This document shows positions 19,693 through 30,899 of a stretch of DNA of 64,000 nucleotides, piece after piece. Each line of letters opens with the position of its first letter. The stretch's first letter is position 1. The notes beneath the pieces are model-generated. The model was not told the origin of the DNA, searched no databases, and saw only the letters and a list, made by a program, of their open reading frames with translations. Origin of the DNA: an uncultured Clostridia bacterium (GTDB lineage: Bacteria; Bacillota; Clostridia; TANB77; CAG-508); assembly GCA_944386195.1 (NCBI GenBank), contig CALXAD010000005.1, forward strand, positions 2,446-66,445, written 5' to 3'. Both the position numbers and the translations under genes were made by a program.

Positions 19693-22293
19693 TTATACTT
19701 TTTGTTTTTCCTTATATATAATTTTATCAAATTTAGTTTCATTTATTTTCTTTTGTAATTCCACAATAGGAATTGGCATAAATGATATAAATAAAGTAAT
19801 CAGCCATTGTATCTTATTTAATGGTACTAAACTAAATATATTAGCAAACGTTGGAACTATGACTACAATTGTTTGTATAAATACTCCTAAAATAAAACTT
19901 CCTATTAAAAATTTATTTTCAAAAATTCCTACTTTAAATATTGATTTTTCACTTTTTATATTAAAACTGTGAACAAGTTCTAACATTCCTAAAGAAACAA
20001 ATGCCATTGTCCTTGCAACTTCTAGTCCATAATACTTATTTCCTATACTGAATGCTATTAATGTTAGCATTCCAATCATTGTTCCTTCTACTATGATTTT
20101 ATTCCATAATCCATCTGCAAATAGTCCTTTTTTCTTATCAACTGGCATTCTATTCATTATATTTTTCTCAGGTGGCTCTAAACCTAAAGCTATTGCTGGT
20201 AAAGAATCTGTTACTAAATTAATCCATAATAATTGAATTGCAAGTAATGGTGATTTTAATCCTAGAACTAATCCCATAAATATTGTTACTATTTCCCCTA
20301 TATTTGTTGCAATCAAAAAGTGAATTGCTTTTTTTATATTATCATATATATTTCTTCCTTGTTTTACAGCTTTTACGATTGTTACAAAATTATCATCAGC
20401 AAGTATCATATCTGATGCACTTTTAGCTACATCTGTTCCGTTTTTCCCCATTGCTATTCCTATGTCTGCATTTTTTAATGCTGGACTATCATTTACTCCG
20501 TCTCCTGTCATTGCAACAACAGCTCCTGTACTTTGCCATGCTTTAACAATTCTAACCTTATGCTCTGGAGTTACTCTTGCAAATACTGAATAATCCTTTA
20601 TTTTCTTTTCTAATTCATCTTGAGTAATATTGTCTAATTCTTTTCCCGTCATTGCCTTATCTGTTGGTCCTAAAATATCCAATTCTTTTGCAATTGCTTT
20701 TGCAGTTAATATATGGTCTCCTGTTATCATCACAGTCTTTATCCCTGCTCTTTTACATGTTCTTACTGCTTCTTTTACCCCTTCCCTTGGTGGGTCTATC
20801 ATTCCTATTAACCCTACAAAATTCAAACTATTTTCTATTCTTTCTAAATCTCTTCCTTTAGGAAGTGTAGCTATCTTCTTATATGCAACTGCAATTACTC
20901 TTAAAGCTTTTTTAGCCATTTTCTCGTTTTGTCTCTCTATTCTCTGCTTTTCTCCAATTGTTACATTACATTTATTTAATAAAACATCAGGTGCTCCTTT
21001 AGTAATAACCAAATATCCATTATTTTCTTTATGTATTGTTGTCATCATTTTTCTATTAGAGTCAAATGGTAGTTCCTCTACTCTTGGCATTTTTTTATAT
21101 AAATCTAATTTATTATAATTCATATCAATAGCTTTTTGCACCAAAGCTATTTCAGTAGGTTCTCCTCTTATTTTAATTTCACCTTTTTCATATGTTATAT
21201 CACAGTCTGTACACATAGCTGAAAGTTTAGTTGCTAACTCTTTATCTTTAGCATTTATCTCTACAACCGTCATTTGATTTTTTGTAAGTGTTCCTGTTTT
21301 ATCTGAACATATTACTTTACTACTTCCTAAAGTTTCTACTGCTGGTAATTTTCTAATAATACTATTATTTTTAGCCATTTTAGTTACTCCAATTGATAAA
21401 ACTATTGTTACAATAGCCGGTAACCCTTCTGGAATTGCTGCAACAGCTAAGCCAACAGATGTCATAAACATTTCAATAGGGTCTATATTTTTTACCATAC
21501 CTATAATAAATATTATTACACATATAGCTAAACATACTATTCCTAAAGTTTTTCCAACTTGTCCTAATTTTCTTTGTATTGGTGTTTCTGGAGATTCATT
21601 TTCTATTATCATATTAGCAATCTTTCCTACTTTTGTATTCATCCCTGTCTCAGTTACAACTGCTTTTCCATGTCCATTCACTACTATACTTGCCATAAAT
21701 CCCATATTAAGCATATCTCCTAAAGATACATCATTTTTAGCTATCATATTAGCATCTTTTAGTACTGGTTCTGTTTCTCCTGTTAAACTTGATTCTTCTA
21801 TTTTTAAATTATGACTTTCTAATAGTCTACAGTCTGCTGGTACATAATTTCCTGCTTCTAAAATAATAATATCTCCCGGAACTATTTCTTCTGCATTTAT
21901 TTCTTTAGTTATTCCTTCTCTTATAACTTTAGCTTTTAAAGGTGTCATCTCTTGTAAGGCTTCAATTGATTTTTCAGCTTTTGCCTCTTGCACAACCCCC
22001 ATAAGTGCATTTAATATTACAATTGCAATTATAATTATTGAATCTATATAATCATTTACTCCCTGAAAATAGGATATTCCAGCCGACACAATTGATGCAA
22101 TTATTAAAATAATTATCATAAAATCATTAAATTGTTTTAAAAATTTTACTAATAAATTTTCTTTAGGTTTGTCATCTAATTTATTTTTTCCATATTTATT
22201 TCGTCTAAAAACCACCTCTTCCTCATTTAATCCATTCTTAGGATTCGTCTTAAGTTTTTTTATAACCTCTTCTTTTCTTAAAGTTTCCCACAT
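19693..22293 (-). CDS. Calcium-translocating P-type ATPase (type IIA)
   Basis: LTGE, PEGL, CSDKTGTLT, TKGAPD, MITGD and TGDGVND motifs. Confidence 0.95.
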   Translation of the reverse strand: MWETLRKEEVIKKLKTNPKNGLNEEEVVFRRNKYGKNKLDDKPKENLLVKFLKQFNDFMIIILIIASIVSAGISYFQGVNDYIDSIIIIAIVILNALMGVVQEAKAEKSIEALQEMTPLKAKVIREGITKEINAEEIVPGDIIILEAGNYVPADCRLLESHNLKIEESSLTGETEPVLKDANMIAKNDVSLGDMLNMGFMASIVVNGHGKAVVTETGMNTKVGKIANMIIENESPETPIQRKLGQVGKTLGIVCLAICVIIFIIGMVKNIDPIEMFMTSVGLAVAAIPEGLPAIVTIVLSIGVTKMAKNNSIIRKLPAVETLGSSKVICSDKTGTLTKNQMTVVEINAKDKELATKLSAMCTDCDITYEKGEIKIRGEPTEIALVQKAIDMNYNKLDLYKKMPRVEELPFDSNRKMMTTIHKENNGYLVITKGAPDVLLNKCNVTIGEKQRIERQNEKMAKKALRVIAVAYKKIATLPKGRDLERIENSLNFVGLIGMIDPPREGVKEAVRTCKRAGIKTVMITGDHILTAKAIAKELDILGPTDKAMTGKELDNITQDELEKKIKDYSVFARVTPEHKVRIVKAWQSTGAVVAMTGDGVNDSPALKNADIGIAMGKNGTDVAKSASDMILADDNFVTIVKAVKQGRNIYDNIKKAIHFLIATNIGEIVTIFMGLVLGLKSPLLAIQLLWINLVTDSLPAIALGLEPPEKNIMNRMPVDKKKGLFADGLWNKIIVEGTMIGMLTLIAFSIGNKYYGLEVARTMAFVSLGMLELVHSFNIKSEKSIFKVGIFENKFLIGSFILGVFIQTIVVIVPTFANIFSLVPLNKIQWLITLFISFMPIPIVELQKKINETKFDKIIYKEKQKV

Positions 22294-22320
22294 AAATACC
22301 CTCCTTTGTTTAGCTCAGTT

Positions 22321-22376
22321 TAGTCCAGTTGGGGACGTTTCTTTTTGGACATTTTGTCCATTCTGGGACACATCCC
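22321..22376 (+). repeat. REP-like repeat, family B copy 1
   Basis: GTCCAGTTGGGGACGTTTCTTTTTGGACATTTTGTCCATTCTGGGACACATCC; similar to 52206-52260 and, inverted, 53901-53951. Confidence 0.8.
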
Positions 22377-22646
22377 TAATCTTCATTTACTCCTTATATA
22401 TTTATGCAAGACTCTTTATTTTTATTACTATTTTTATTTATCATACTGTATTTATTTTTTCATTATTTATTTAAATTTTCTTGCCTTAGTACTATCATTG
22501 TAATATATATTGAGATTAGTAAAAATATTCTAAAAGTTAATTATTTATATTTTCTTCTTTTCTACCTAACTCATGGTTTATAAATTCAGAAATTTTACTT
22601 ATATTTCTTGGTATTTTTAAAAGTTTAATATAGAAAATATAAAAAT

Positions 22647-22679
22647 TGAGACAAAAAAGGTCCGTCCCCTATTGTCTCA
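22647..22679 (-). repeat. REP-like hairpin, family A copy 1 (overlaps smc stop codon)
   Basis: TGAGACAAAAAAGGTCCGTCCCCTATTGTCTCA on the plus strand. Confidence 0.85.
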
Positions 22680-25600
22680 ATTTCATTGATAATAATTTTG
22701 ATATTCCACTTTCTTCCATTGTTACTCCATATACTGTATCTGCCGCTTCCATTGTTCCTTTTCTATGTGTGATTACTAAAAACTGAGTATCTTTTGAAAA
22801 CTTCTTTAGATAATCTGCAAATCTATATACATTTACATCATCTAAAGCTGCTTCTATTTCATCTAATACACAAAATGGAGCTGGATTTATTTTTAATATT
22901 GCAAATAATAAAGCTATTGCAGTAAAAGCTCTTTCTCCTCCTGATAGAAGCATCATATTTTGTAATTTTTTTCCTGGTGGTTGAACATTAATATCAATTC
23001 CACATTCTAAAATGTTATTTTCATCTTCTAATTTAAGATTAGCATTTCCCCCACCAAACAATTCTCTAAATACTTCTTGGAAATTTTTATTTATTAAATC
23101 AAATTGTGTTTTAAATTGTTCTTTCATTGTTTGTGTCATATCTGCAATTATTTTTCTTAATTTAGACATTGTATTTTCCAAATCAACTCTTTGTTCACAC
23201 ATAAAGTCATATCTTTCTTTCATATTTTTGTATTCTTCTATTGCGTCTACATTTACACTTCCTAATTCTCTTAGTTCTTTCCTTAAGTTATTTACTCTTT
23301 TTTGAGTTTCTTGAACATTTTCTGGCTTTTTATAATCTGTAACATTATTAGGCGTAAGCTCATATTCATCCCACATTTTATTAATAATGTTATTTATATC
23401 TTCTTCTATCTTTTCTTTTTTAGAATCTATTTTAACCAATTGAGATTTTAAATCTTCAATTATTTTAAATTTAGATGTTATCTCTTCTTCTTGTTTTGAT
23501 AATTTTTCGTTTTTTTCTATCCTATCTTGTTTAAGTTGTTCTATTTTACTTCCACTTGTTTTAACTTCCTCTTTAATTGATTCTATTTTTTCTTTAGTTT
23601 CTTCTATTGAATTTTCTAATGAAATATTATCTTGTTTTATCTGTTCTATTTGAACTTGTTTATTATTAATACTTTTATTTGCATTTTCTATTTCATTTTT
23701 TATTCTTTCTTGTATTTCATCTAATGATGTTTCACTTTCATCAAAAGAATTTACTGATATTTTTAAATTTGTTATATCAAAATTTAAATCATCTACATAT
23801 TTTTGAGTATCTTTATTTAAATCTGAAGAATCTTGAATTACTTTAGCTAATTTTTCTATTTCTTCTGATAAATCTTCTATTTCTTTTTGTATATTTTCTT
23901 TACTAGAAATTGCCTGATTCTTTTCTTCTGATATTTTTTCTTGTTCTTCTTTTAATTTGCTTATTCTATTTTGTATTCTAGCTATATTTTCTTCTTTTGC
24001 TAATACTTTTTGTTTTTCTGTTGCGTATGTAATATCTATTTTCTGTAATTCTCCTTCTAATTCTTTTGATTTTTCAAAAATATCTTTTATAGAATTTTCA
24101 TACTCTTCTTTTTCTTTTGATATTTTTTCTATTTTTTCTTTTAATTCATTTACTTGTTTTTGTAATTTTTCTATTTCTCTTCCTCTTCCTAAAATATTTA
24201 CTGTCTTTTTAGTTACAGAACCTCCAGTAATTGCTCCTGATGGATTTATTATATCTCCTTCTACAGTAATAATCCTAAAAGAATAATTATTTTGCCTAGC
24301 CACTTTAATAGCTGTATCCATATTATCCACAATTACAGTTCTTCCAAGTAAATTAGTTACAATTTGTTCATATTTTTTACTATATTTAATTAAATCAGAT
24401 GCTATACCAATTACTCCTGGTTCTTTTCCTTTTATTTTATCTAATTTTTTTCCATGAACAGATGTAATTGGTAAAAATGATGCTCTTCCTAAATTATTTT
24501 TTCTTAAATGTTCTACTAATCTTTTTGCATCTTCTTCTGTATCTGTTACGATATTTTGCAAACTTGCTCCTAAGCACATTTCTATTGCTGTTTGATATTC
24601 TTCTGGTACTTCGATTATATTTGCTAAAACTCCATGCATACCCTTTCCTAAATCTTTTATGTTTTCACAATCTTTTAATAATGATTTTACACTTTTAATA
24701 TATCCTTCTTTTTCTTTTTCTGTTTCTATTAAAAATTTAAGTCTAGCTTCTTTTACTCTTAATTCACTTTGATATGCATTTATACTTCTTTCAAAGTTTT
24801 CTATTTTATTTTGTGCTTCTTCTTTTTTTATTTTTATTTCTTCTTGTTCTTTTAATATTTTATTTCTTTCATTTTCTATTTCGTAAAAACTTTTATCTAT
24901 TTCTTCTTTTTCAAATCTTGTTCCATCTAATTCTGAGATATTAGATTGAATTTCACTTTGAATCTGTTTTTGTCTTTTCTCAAAGTTTTCAAAATTAATT
25001 TCTTGTTCATGAACTTTTCCTTGTAATTCATATCTTTTATCTGTATCTTCTTCTACTTTTTTCTTATATCCCTCTATTTCTAATTCTTTACTTGATAATT
25101 TTTCTGTTATTTTTCTTAATTCTTCCTGCTTTTCTTCTAATTGCTTTTGAAATTTTTCTTTATTTTCTTTTAAGTTTTCTTTCTTTTGCTTTTTTTGTTC
25201 TATTTCTTCTTCAAGTTCTTTTAATTTTTCTTTAAGTTCTTCTATTTCTTTTTGGTATCTTTTTGCATTTTCTTTATTATTTTCTATCCTTGTTTGTCCT
25301 ACACTTATATCTGAATTTAACATCTCTATTTCTTTTTGACTTTCAAAACCTATATTTGAAATTTCTTCTATTTGAGAAGTTATTTTGTCTATCTCTTCTT
25401 TTAGAGCTTCTTTTAAAGATTTTATTCTATTTAAATTTTCTTCTTCATCTTCACATTGAGTTTTGTAAATTTCTTCATCATTTACTATATCTTCTAAATC
25501 CTTTTTATATTTTTCTATATTATAGATAAATAAACCTATCTCAACATTTTTTAATTCTTCTCTTAAATTTAGATATTTTTTAGCTTTTTCAGCACTTTGT

Positions 25601-26217
25601 TTTAATGGCTCTATATTTGATTCTATTTCTGATAAAATATCATTAATTCTAAGCAAATTTAGTTTTGTACGCTCTAATTTTTTTTCAGATTCTTCTTTTC
25701 TTGTTCTATATTTTACAATTCCTGCTGCTTCTTCAAAAATATTCCTTCTATCTTCTGATTTATTACTTAAAATCTCATCTATTTTTCCTTGTCCTATAAT
25801 TGAATAACCGTCTTTTCCAATACCTGTATCCATAAATAGTTCTAATACATCTTTTAATCTGCATGGCACTTTATTTATAAAATATCCTGTTTCACCGCTT
25901 CTATATAATTTTCTTGTAATTGTAACTTCTGTATATTCAATAGGTAAACTACCATCAGAATTATCAAACACTAGTGAACCTTCTGCAAATCCTAAAGACT
26001 TTCTATTTTGTGTTCCTGCAAAAATAATATCTAATGATTTACTTCCTCTTAATGATTTTATACTTTGCTCACCTAAAATCCATCTAATACTATCTGATAT
26101 ATTACTTTTTCCTGAACCATTTGGTCCAATTACTGCTGTGATACCTGGCATAAATTCTAAAACTGTTTTATCTGCAAAAGATTTGAACCCTTGTAATTCT
26201 AGTCTTTTTAAATACAT
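22669..26217 (-). CDS. smc: Chromosome segregation protein SMC
   Basis: GPNGSGKSN Walker A, hinge GRASFLP, LSGGE signature, CVLDEIEAALD. Confidence 0.97.
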   Translation of the reverse strand: MYLKRLELQGFKSFADKTVLEFMPGITAVIGPNGSGKSNISDSIRWILGEQSIKSLRGSKSLDIIFAGTQNRKSLGFAEGSLVFDNSDGSLPIEYTEVTITRKLYRSGETGYFINKVPCRLKDVLELFMDTGIGKDGYSIIGQGKIDEILSNKSEDRRNIFEEAAGIVKYRTRKEESEKKLERTKLNLLRINDILSEIESNIEPLKQSAEKAKKYLNLREELKNVEIGLFIYNIEKYKKDLEDIVNDEEIYKTQCEDEEENLNRIKSLKEALKEEIDKITSQIEEISNIGFESQKEIEMLNSDISVGQTRIENNKENAKRYQKEIEELKEKLKELEEEIEQKKQKKENLKENKEKFQKQLEEKQEELRKITEKLSSKELEIEGYKKKVEEDTDKRYELQGKVHEQEINFENFEKRQKQIQSEIQSNISELDGTRFEKEEIDKSFYEIENERNKILKEQEEIKIKKEEAQNKIENFERSINAYQSELRVKEARLKFLIETEKEKEGYIKSVKSLLKDCENIKDLGKGMHGVLANIIEVPEEYQTAIEMCLGASLQNIVTDTEEDAKRLVEHLRKNNLGRASFLPITSVHGKKLDKIKGKEPGVIGIASDLIKYSKKYEQIVTNLLGRTVIVDNMDTAIKVARQNNYSFRIITVEGDIINPSGAITGGSVTKKTVNILGRGREIEKLQKQVNELKEKIEKISKEKEEYENSIKDIFEKSKELEGELQKIDITYATEKQKVLAKEENIARIQNRISKLKEEQEKISEEKNQAISSKENIQKEIEDLSEEIEKLAKVIQDSSDLNKDTQKYVDDLNFDITNLKISVNSFDESETSLDEIQERIKNEIENANKSINNKQVQIEQIKQDNISLENSIEETKEKIESIKEEVKTSGSKIEQLKQDRIEKNEKLSKQEEEITSKFKIIEDLKSQLVKIDSKKEKIEEDINNIINKMWDEYELTPNNVTDYKKPENVQETQKRVNNLRKELRELGSVNVDAIEEYKNMKERYDFMCEQRVDLENTMSKLRKIIADMTQTMKEQFKTQFDLINKNFQEVFRELFGGGNANLKLEDENNILECGIDINVQPPGKKLQNMMLLSGGERAFTAIALLFAILKINPAPFCVLDEIEAALDDVNVYRFADYLKKFSKDTQFLVITHRKGTMEAADTVYGVTMEESGISKLLSMKLRQ

Positions 26218-26273
26218 TTCTTATCACCTAGACCTAGTTTATACTATTTTTCTTTTTTTGTAAAGAATATTTT

Positions 26274-26618
26274 CTATAACTTTATTCTAGATATAGCTTT
26301 AGCTATATCATATATTAGTTTTCTTTTTTCTGAAGAACAATTTTCTAATAACTCATCAAATTCTTTAAATAAATATACACTATTTTCTTTTTGCGTACCT
26401 GACAAAATTCTTTCTACTGGAACATCTAATATTGAGCAGATTTGCATTAATCTTTTTAAAGATATTTCTGAAACTCCTCTTTCCATTCTACTTAAAAATA
26501 CTACTGATATATCTAATTTATCTGCTAATTTTGCTTGTGTTATATTTCTTTCTTTTCTTACTTCTCTTATCCTTTGTCCTATTACTTTATAATCAATTTT
26601 TGCTTTTAGTTCATCCAT
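26274..26618 (-). CDS. XRE-family HTH regulator
   Basis: IGQRIREVRKERNITQAKLADKLDIS. Confidence 0.85.
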   Translation of the reverse strand: MDELKAKIDYKVIGQRIREVRKERNITQAKLADKLDISVVFLSRMERGVSEISLKRLMQICSILDVPVERILSGTQKENSVYLFKEFDELLENCSSEKRKLIYDIAKAISRIKL

Positions 26619-26674
26619 AAATTCCTCCTTTTAAAGTAAATTTATTGTTAGTTCTATTTTATCTTTTACTTTCC

Positions 26675-27640
26675 CTAATCATTAATTGTATTTTTATATT
26701 CTTTTAATTGTTTTTTTGATACATTTGTACTATTTAATATAATTTCATCTGAAACTTTATTTTCTAATAATTTTTTGATTATATCTTTTCTTACTTCTTG
26801 TTTAGTTGTTTCTATGTCCTTTTTATATTCTTCAACTAATCTTTCATATAAAGTACTCAAATTAGATTCCTCCTTATTTAAATTTATTTCTTTTTTTAAT
26901 GCTCTTTCCATTGAATTTTTTATTAAATAAAATATATTTTCCTTTATATATTCTATTTCTCTTTTATTTGTACATTCTTCTATTATTTTTTCTATTCTTT
27001 GTTTTAAATCTTTATTTCCCTTTGATTTTTCTAAAAACATTCTATAACAAAATAAGTTTTTCTTTTGTAGTAAAAACTCATCTGAATATTTGTTAATTTC
27101 TATTAGATTATAGTCTATTTTTAGGTCATAATTATTTTGTACATAAAAGCTCACTGTTTTTTTATCTTCATTCATATTCCTTTTCCATTTATCCAACCCC
27201 ACATATATAATAATAGGAATAATTAATGGATACTTTTCTTCTTTTTTTGTATATTTACTCCATTCATATATAATGTCTATACAATAATTTAATATTTTAT
27301 ATTCTTCTTTGGTATTTAAATTATCTGTATAATCTATTAGATAATATTTTTCTTCGTTTTTTATTTTATAAATTGCTTTTATTGGATTTTTTCTATATTT
27401 TCTTTCTATATTTTTATTTTTGTATCTTGCCAAGTCACTTGGAAATATTTTTTTGCCTGGATTCAAAAAAATATTTATTAAATTTGATACCTCTTCTTTA
27501 TTTCCTAATAAAAAATTTTCTTTTGTCTTTTCTTTTGTGCCTAACTTATATTCATTACCTTCTTCTGCTAATCTAAAAATCGCATTAAGCCTTAAGGTAT
27601 GAATATATTTAATATAGTCATAATATGTAAAAGACTTCAA
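26675..27640 (-). CDS. Divergent Rpn/YhgA-like (PD-(D/E)XK transposase-like) protein
   Basis: KILNYCIDI...KYPLIIPIIIYVGLDKW and a C-terminal IIKKLLENKVSDEII...VSKKQL HTH-like tail; catalytic motifs look eroded. Confidence 0.5.
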   Translation of the reverse strand: MKSFTYYDYIKYIHTLRLNAIFRLAEEGNEYKLGTKEKTKENFLLGNKEEVSNLINIFLNPGKKIFPSDLARYKNKNIERKYRKNPIKAIYKIKNEEKYYLIDYTDNLNTKEEYKILNYCIDIIYEWSKYTKKEEKYPLIIPIIIYVGLDKWKRNMNEDKKTVSFYVQNNYDLKIDYNLIEINKYSDEFLLQKKNLFCYRMFLEKSKGNKDLKQRIEKIIEECTNKREIEYIKENIFYLIKNSMERALKKEINLNKEESNLSTLYERLVEEYKKDIETTKQEVRKDIIKKLLENKVSDEIILNSTNVSKKQLKEYKNTIND

Positions 27641-27801
27641 ACACTCACTTCCTTATTTAGTTTTTCTTTTCTGGATTTTTATCGATAAAAAATTTGATTA
27701 AAATATTTTGGAAAATAATCTTTATATACTATACAACAAAAAAAGAGAAAAGCCAATACTTTTCTCATAATTTTTTAAACTTTTCATCGCAAAATTCGAC
27801 A

Positions 27802-28302
27802 TTATTTGTCGAAATAGCTACTTATTTCTTCTAAATTTTCGAAATTTTTTTGTCTTAAAACTTCATAAACTACAATTGCTACAGAGTTTGATAAATTAAG
27901 TGAACGAAGTGTTTCTCTCATTGGAATTCTTATTGTTTTATCTATATATTTTTGTAAAATATCTTCTGGAAGTCCTTTTGTTTCTTTACCAAATAATAAA
28001 AATACTTCATCCATTTTACTATAATTAGGTTCTGAATATACATGCTTTCCTTTTGTTGTTGCAAAAAACATATTATTTTCTTCAGGTTTATATTTTTCTA
28101 AAAATTCTTTAAAAGATATATGTTCTTCTATTTCTAATTTATCCCAATAATCTAGTCCAGCTCTTTTTACTGCTTTTTCTGATATACTAAACCCTAATGG
28201 ATGTACTAGATGCAATTTAGCACCTATTGCTGCACATGTTCTTGCAATATTTCCTGTGTTTTGTGGTATTTCTGGCTCTACCATTACTACATTTATTTTC
28301 AC
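27802..28302 (-). CDS. trmL: tRNA (cytidine/uridine34-2'-O)-methyltransferase TrmL
   Basis: PEIPQNTGNIARTC, RAGLDYW, FGKETKGLP and RSLNLSNSVA motifs. Confidence 0.93.
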   Translation of the reverse strand: MKINVVMVEPEIPQNTGNIARTCAAIGAKLHLVHPLGFSISEKAVKRAGLDYWDKLEIEEHISFKEFLEKYKPEENNMFFATTKGKHVYSEPNYSKMDEVFLLFGKETKGLPEDILQKYIDKTIRIPMRETLRSLNLSNSVAIVVYEVLRQKNFENLEEISSYFDK

Positions 28303-28331
28303 TTTTTATTCCTCTTTTCTATATTTCATTT

Positions 28332-29153
28332 TTAATTTTGAGACAAAAAAGCTCCGTCTCCTTTTTGTCTCACATATTCGTATAGTATTATTCCTGTTGC
28401 TACTGCTGCATTTAAGCTTTCTGTTTTTCCAAGCATTGGTATTTTTATTTTTTCATCTGCTATATTCATTATTCTTTCTTCTACTCCATTTGCCTCATTT
28501 CCTATTACTAATACCTTTTTCTTATATTTAACTTCATATATACTTTTACTTTCTCTTAATGAACTTACTAATATTTTAAATTTATTTCTTTTTATTTCTT
28601 TTAGTGTTTCTAATAAGTCATCACTTTCTATAACTTTTACTCTATATATTGCTCCCATACTTGAACGTACTACTTTTGGATTATATGGGTCTGCTGTTCC
28701 TTTTGATACTATTATTTGTGTCAACCCTACACTATCTACTGTTCTAAGTATTGTTCCTAAATTTCCTGGGTCTTGAATATCATCTAATGCTACTATTATA
28801 TCTTCATTATAATTAATTTCAGTTTCATTATTATTTGTATTATTATTTTTTTCAATTACAGCAAGAAGCCCTTGTGGTGTTTGTACTTCTGATATATATT
28901 TAAATACTTTACTTGTTACATAAGTACAATCATATTTTGCTATTTCATACATTAATTCTTTTGGTATACTATCACTTTTTTCACAGTCATCACATATTAT
29001 TATCTGCCTAATCACTGCTTTTTCTTCTATAGCTTCTCTTACCATTTTAATTCCTTCTACTATATAAGCATTTTCTAAATCTCTGTATTTCTTTTCTTTT
29101 AATTTTCTAACATTTTTAACTATTTCATTATCTTTACTTGAAATAATATCCAT
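28332..29153 (-). CDS. TrmH/SpoU family RNA methyltransferase
   Basis: IQDPGNLGTILRT, VIGNEANGV and ESLNAAVA motifs. Confidence 0.92.
   Translation of the reverse strand: MDIISSKDNEIVKNVRKLKEKKYRDLENAYIVEGIKMVREAIEEKAVIRQIIICDDCEKSDSIPKELMYEIAKYDCTYVTSKVFKYISEVQTPQGLLAVIEKNNNTNNNETEINYNEDIIVALDDIQDPGNLGTILRTVDSVGLTQIIVSKGTADPYNPKVVRSSMGAIYRVKVIESDDLLETLKEIKRNKFKILVSSLRESKSIYEVKYKKKVLVIGNEANGVEERIMNIADEKIKIPMLGKTESLNAAVATGIILYEYVRQKGDGAFLSQN
28339..28372 (-). repeat. REP-like hairpin, family A copy 2 (inside the 3' end of the TrmH-family gene)
   Basis: TGAGACAAAAAAGCTCCGTCTCCTTTTTGTCTCA; translated as RQKGDGAFLSQ. Confidence 0.85.
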
Positions 29154-29410
29154 AATATTCTCCTTAATGTTTTGATGTCAATAAAAAAGTACCTCATAAA
29201 AATACAATAGTACATTTATTATTTACTGTACTATTGTATTTTATAACTTTTTTTATATTTTAGCAAGTTTTATTTTATTTGAAAACTTTTGATTTTTACT
29301 TTTTTTAGTTCATTATAAATATGTTAATATTACTCTCATTTTATGTCTTTTTTGTTTTATTATTTTTCATGTTCTTCTATTTTACAAAATAATTATATAA
29401 TATCTTTCAT

Positions 29411-30546
29411 CTAAAAGTCTTGTACTATTGTATAGATTCCTTCACTATTTTTTTCAAGTTGAGTCTCTTCTTTAAGACAAACTACTGGTCTAAACCCATT
29501 ATCATATCTATTTTCAAAAGTATTGTATATATTACCATTAGAACTCACATAAAAAATATCTCTATCATATCTAGCAGATGGACTTGCAACCCACATACCT
29601 ATAGCTTTTCATCAGAGTTTATTGAAAAAAACGGATTTTTTTCTTCAAATATTACACTATCTTCCCAAGTTGAATCATCACTACTTATTTTATATCCAGT
29701 TTCATTACTTGCTTGTACTTTATAATCTATGCCATTATATTTTTCATTATACGCATTTATTAACATTTCAATTGTTGGTCCTCCTATCACATATTCTGCA
29801 TCTTCTTGTGCAAATACATTCCATACATTTGTATCTAGCATATACGCTACTTCTTTCATATTCTTATATTCACTTTCATATTTTTTTACATTAAAATAAT
29901 CATTGTTTAATTTTTTAATCTTATCATCAGTTATATTTACAGAACCCTGATAATCTTTTATTACATCATCCATTGATAATCGATATTCTTTACTATACAT
30001 AGGAAGTTTTATTTTATAATTTTTTGAACCTGGACAATCTTTAACATTTATATAATCATCTGCTATTAAATAAATATTACTATCATCTGCATAAAGAATC
30101 TTCCAAGCATTTACACCCTTAACATTATATCCATTTACAACTGCACCATAATCTGATGCTGATATATCTACTGCTTTTTTAAATTTTTCTAAAGTTCCTT
30201 TATACATTTCTGATACTAATATTTGATAATTTCCATATTCACTTTTTGTTTGTAACAATGTATTTTCATCAAGATTGTTAGGTACTTTTTCAAAATATTG
30301 GTCAAATATTTCTTCCAATATGTCTCTATTTAAGCTTATAATTCCACTTTCTGCCTGTTTTCCCATAATGTCAGTTTGAGCTTGTTCTATTACATTTGCT
30401 CTTCCTGTTTCTCTGCTTGCATTTTGTGCTTGTGTTAAAATTCCATTTTCTCCTGTTAACATTGCTATTGATACACCTGCTAAAATTAAAAGGACTACTA
30501 TAGTAATAACCAATGCAATTAATGTAATTCCCTTTTCTTTCTTCAT
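29411..30546 (-). pseudogene. Type IV pilin-like protein with DUF6273-like C-terminus, broken by a 1-nt deletion near 29606
   Basis: KG/ITLIALVITIVVLLILAGVSI class III signal. Frame 0 ends GAT GAA AAG CTA TAG; the -1 frame continues AAA GCT ATA GGT ATG TGG (KAIGMWVASPSA...GFRPVVCL). Confidence 0.7.
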
Positions 30547-30561
30547 TTGTTTAACCTCCTT

Positions 30562-30590
30562 TTATTATAGTCATAATATGACTATAATAA
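30562..30590. promoter_or_regulatory. Perfect palindrome, candidate XRE operator
   Basis: TTATTATAGTCATA-A-TATGACTATAATAA next to the pilin RBS; related half-sites recur up to about 30670. Confidence 0.7.
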
Positions 30591-30680
30591 TTTTAGTTAA
30601 AATATAACTATTTGTTAATAGTCATTTTATAACTATAATAAAATATTTAAAAATTGTAATAATAGTTATAAGGAGATTCC

Positions 30681-30899
30681 ATGCTAAGATTAAAAGATTT
30701 ACGAGAAGATAAAGACTTAAAGCAAGAAGATATAGCCAAATTTTTAAATATTTCTCAAACAAATTATAGTAAATATGAATTAGGAAAAATAAATATTCCA
30801 ATTTCATCTTTAATTAAACTTGCAGAATTTTATAATACAAGTATTGACTATTTATTAGGATTAACAAATGAAATAAAACCATATAAAAGAATTAAATAA
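30681..30899 (+). CDS. XRE-family HTH regulator
   Basis: RLKDLREDKDLKQEDIAKFLNISQTNYSKYE...SIDYLLGLT. Confidence 0.9.
   Translation: MLRLKDLREDKDLKQEDIAKFLNISQTNYSKYELGKINIPISSLIKLAEFYNTSIDYLLGLTNEIKPYKRIK

Noticed and set aside
27795-27813. Inverted pair of Spo0A-box-like TGTCGAA sequences (another near 43834)
   Set aside because: Short motif overlapping the trmL stop. It could equally be a small hairpin, so support is insufficient.
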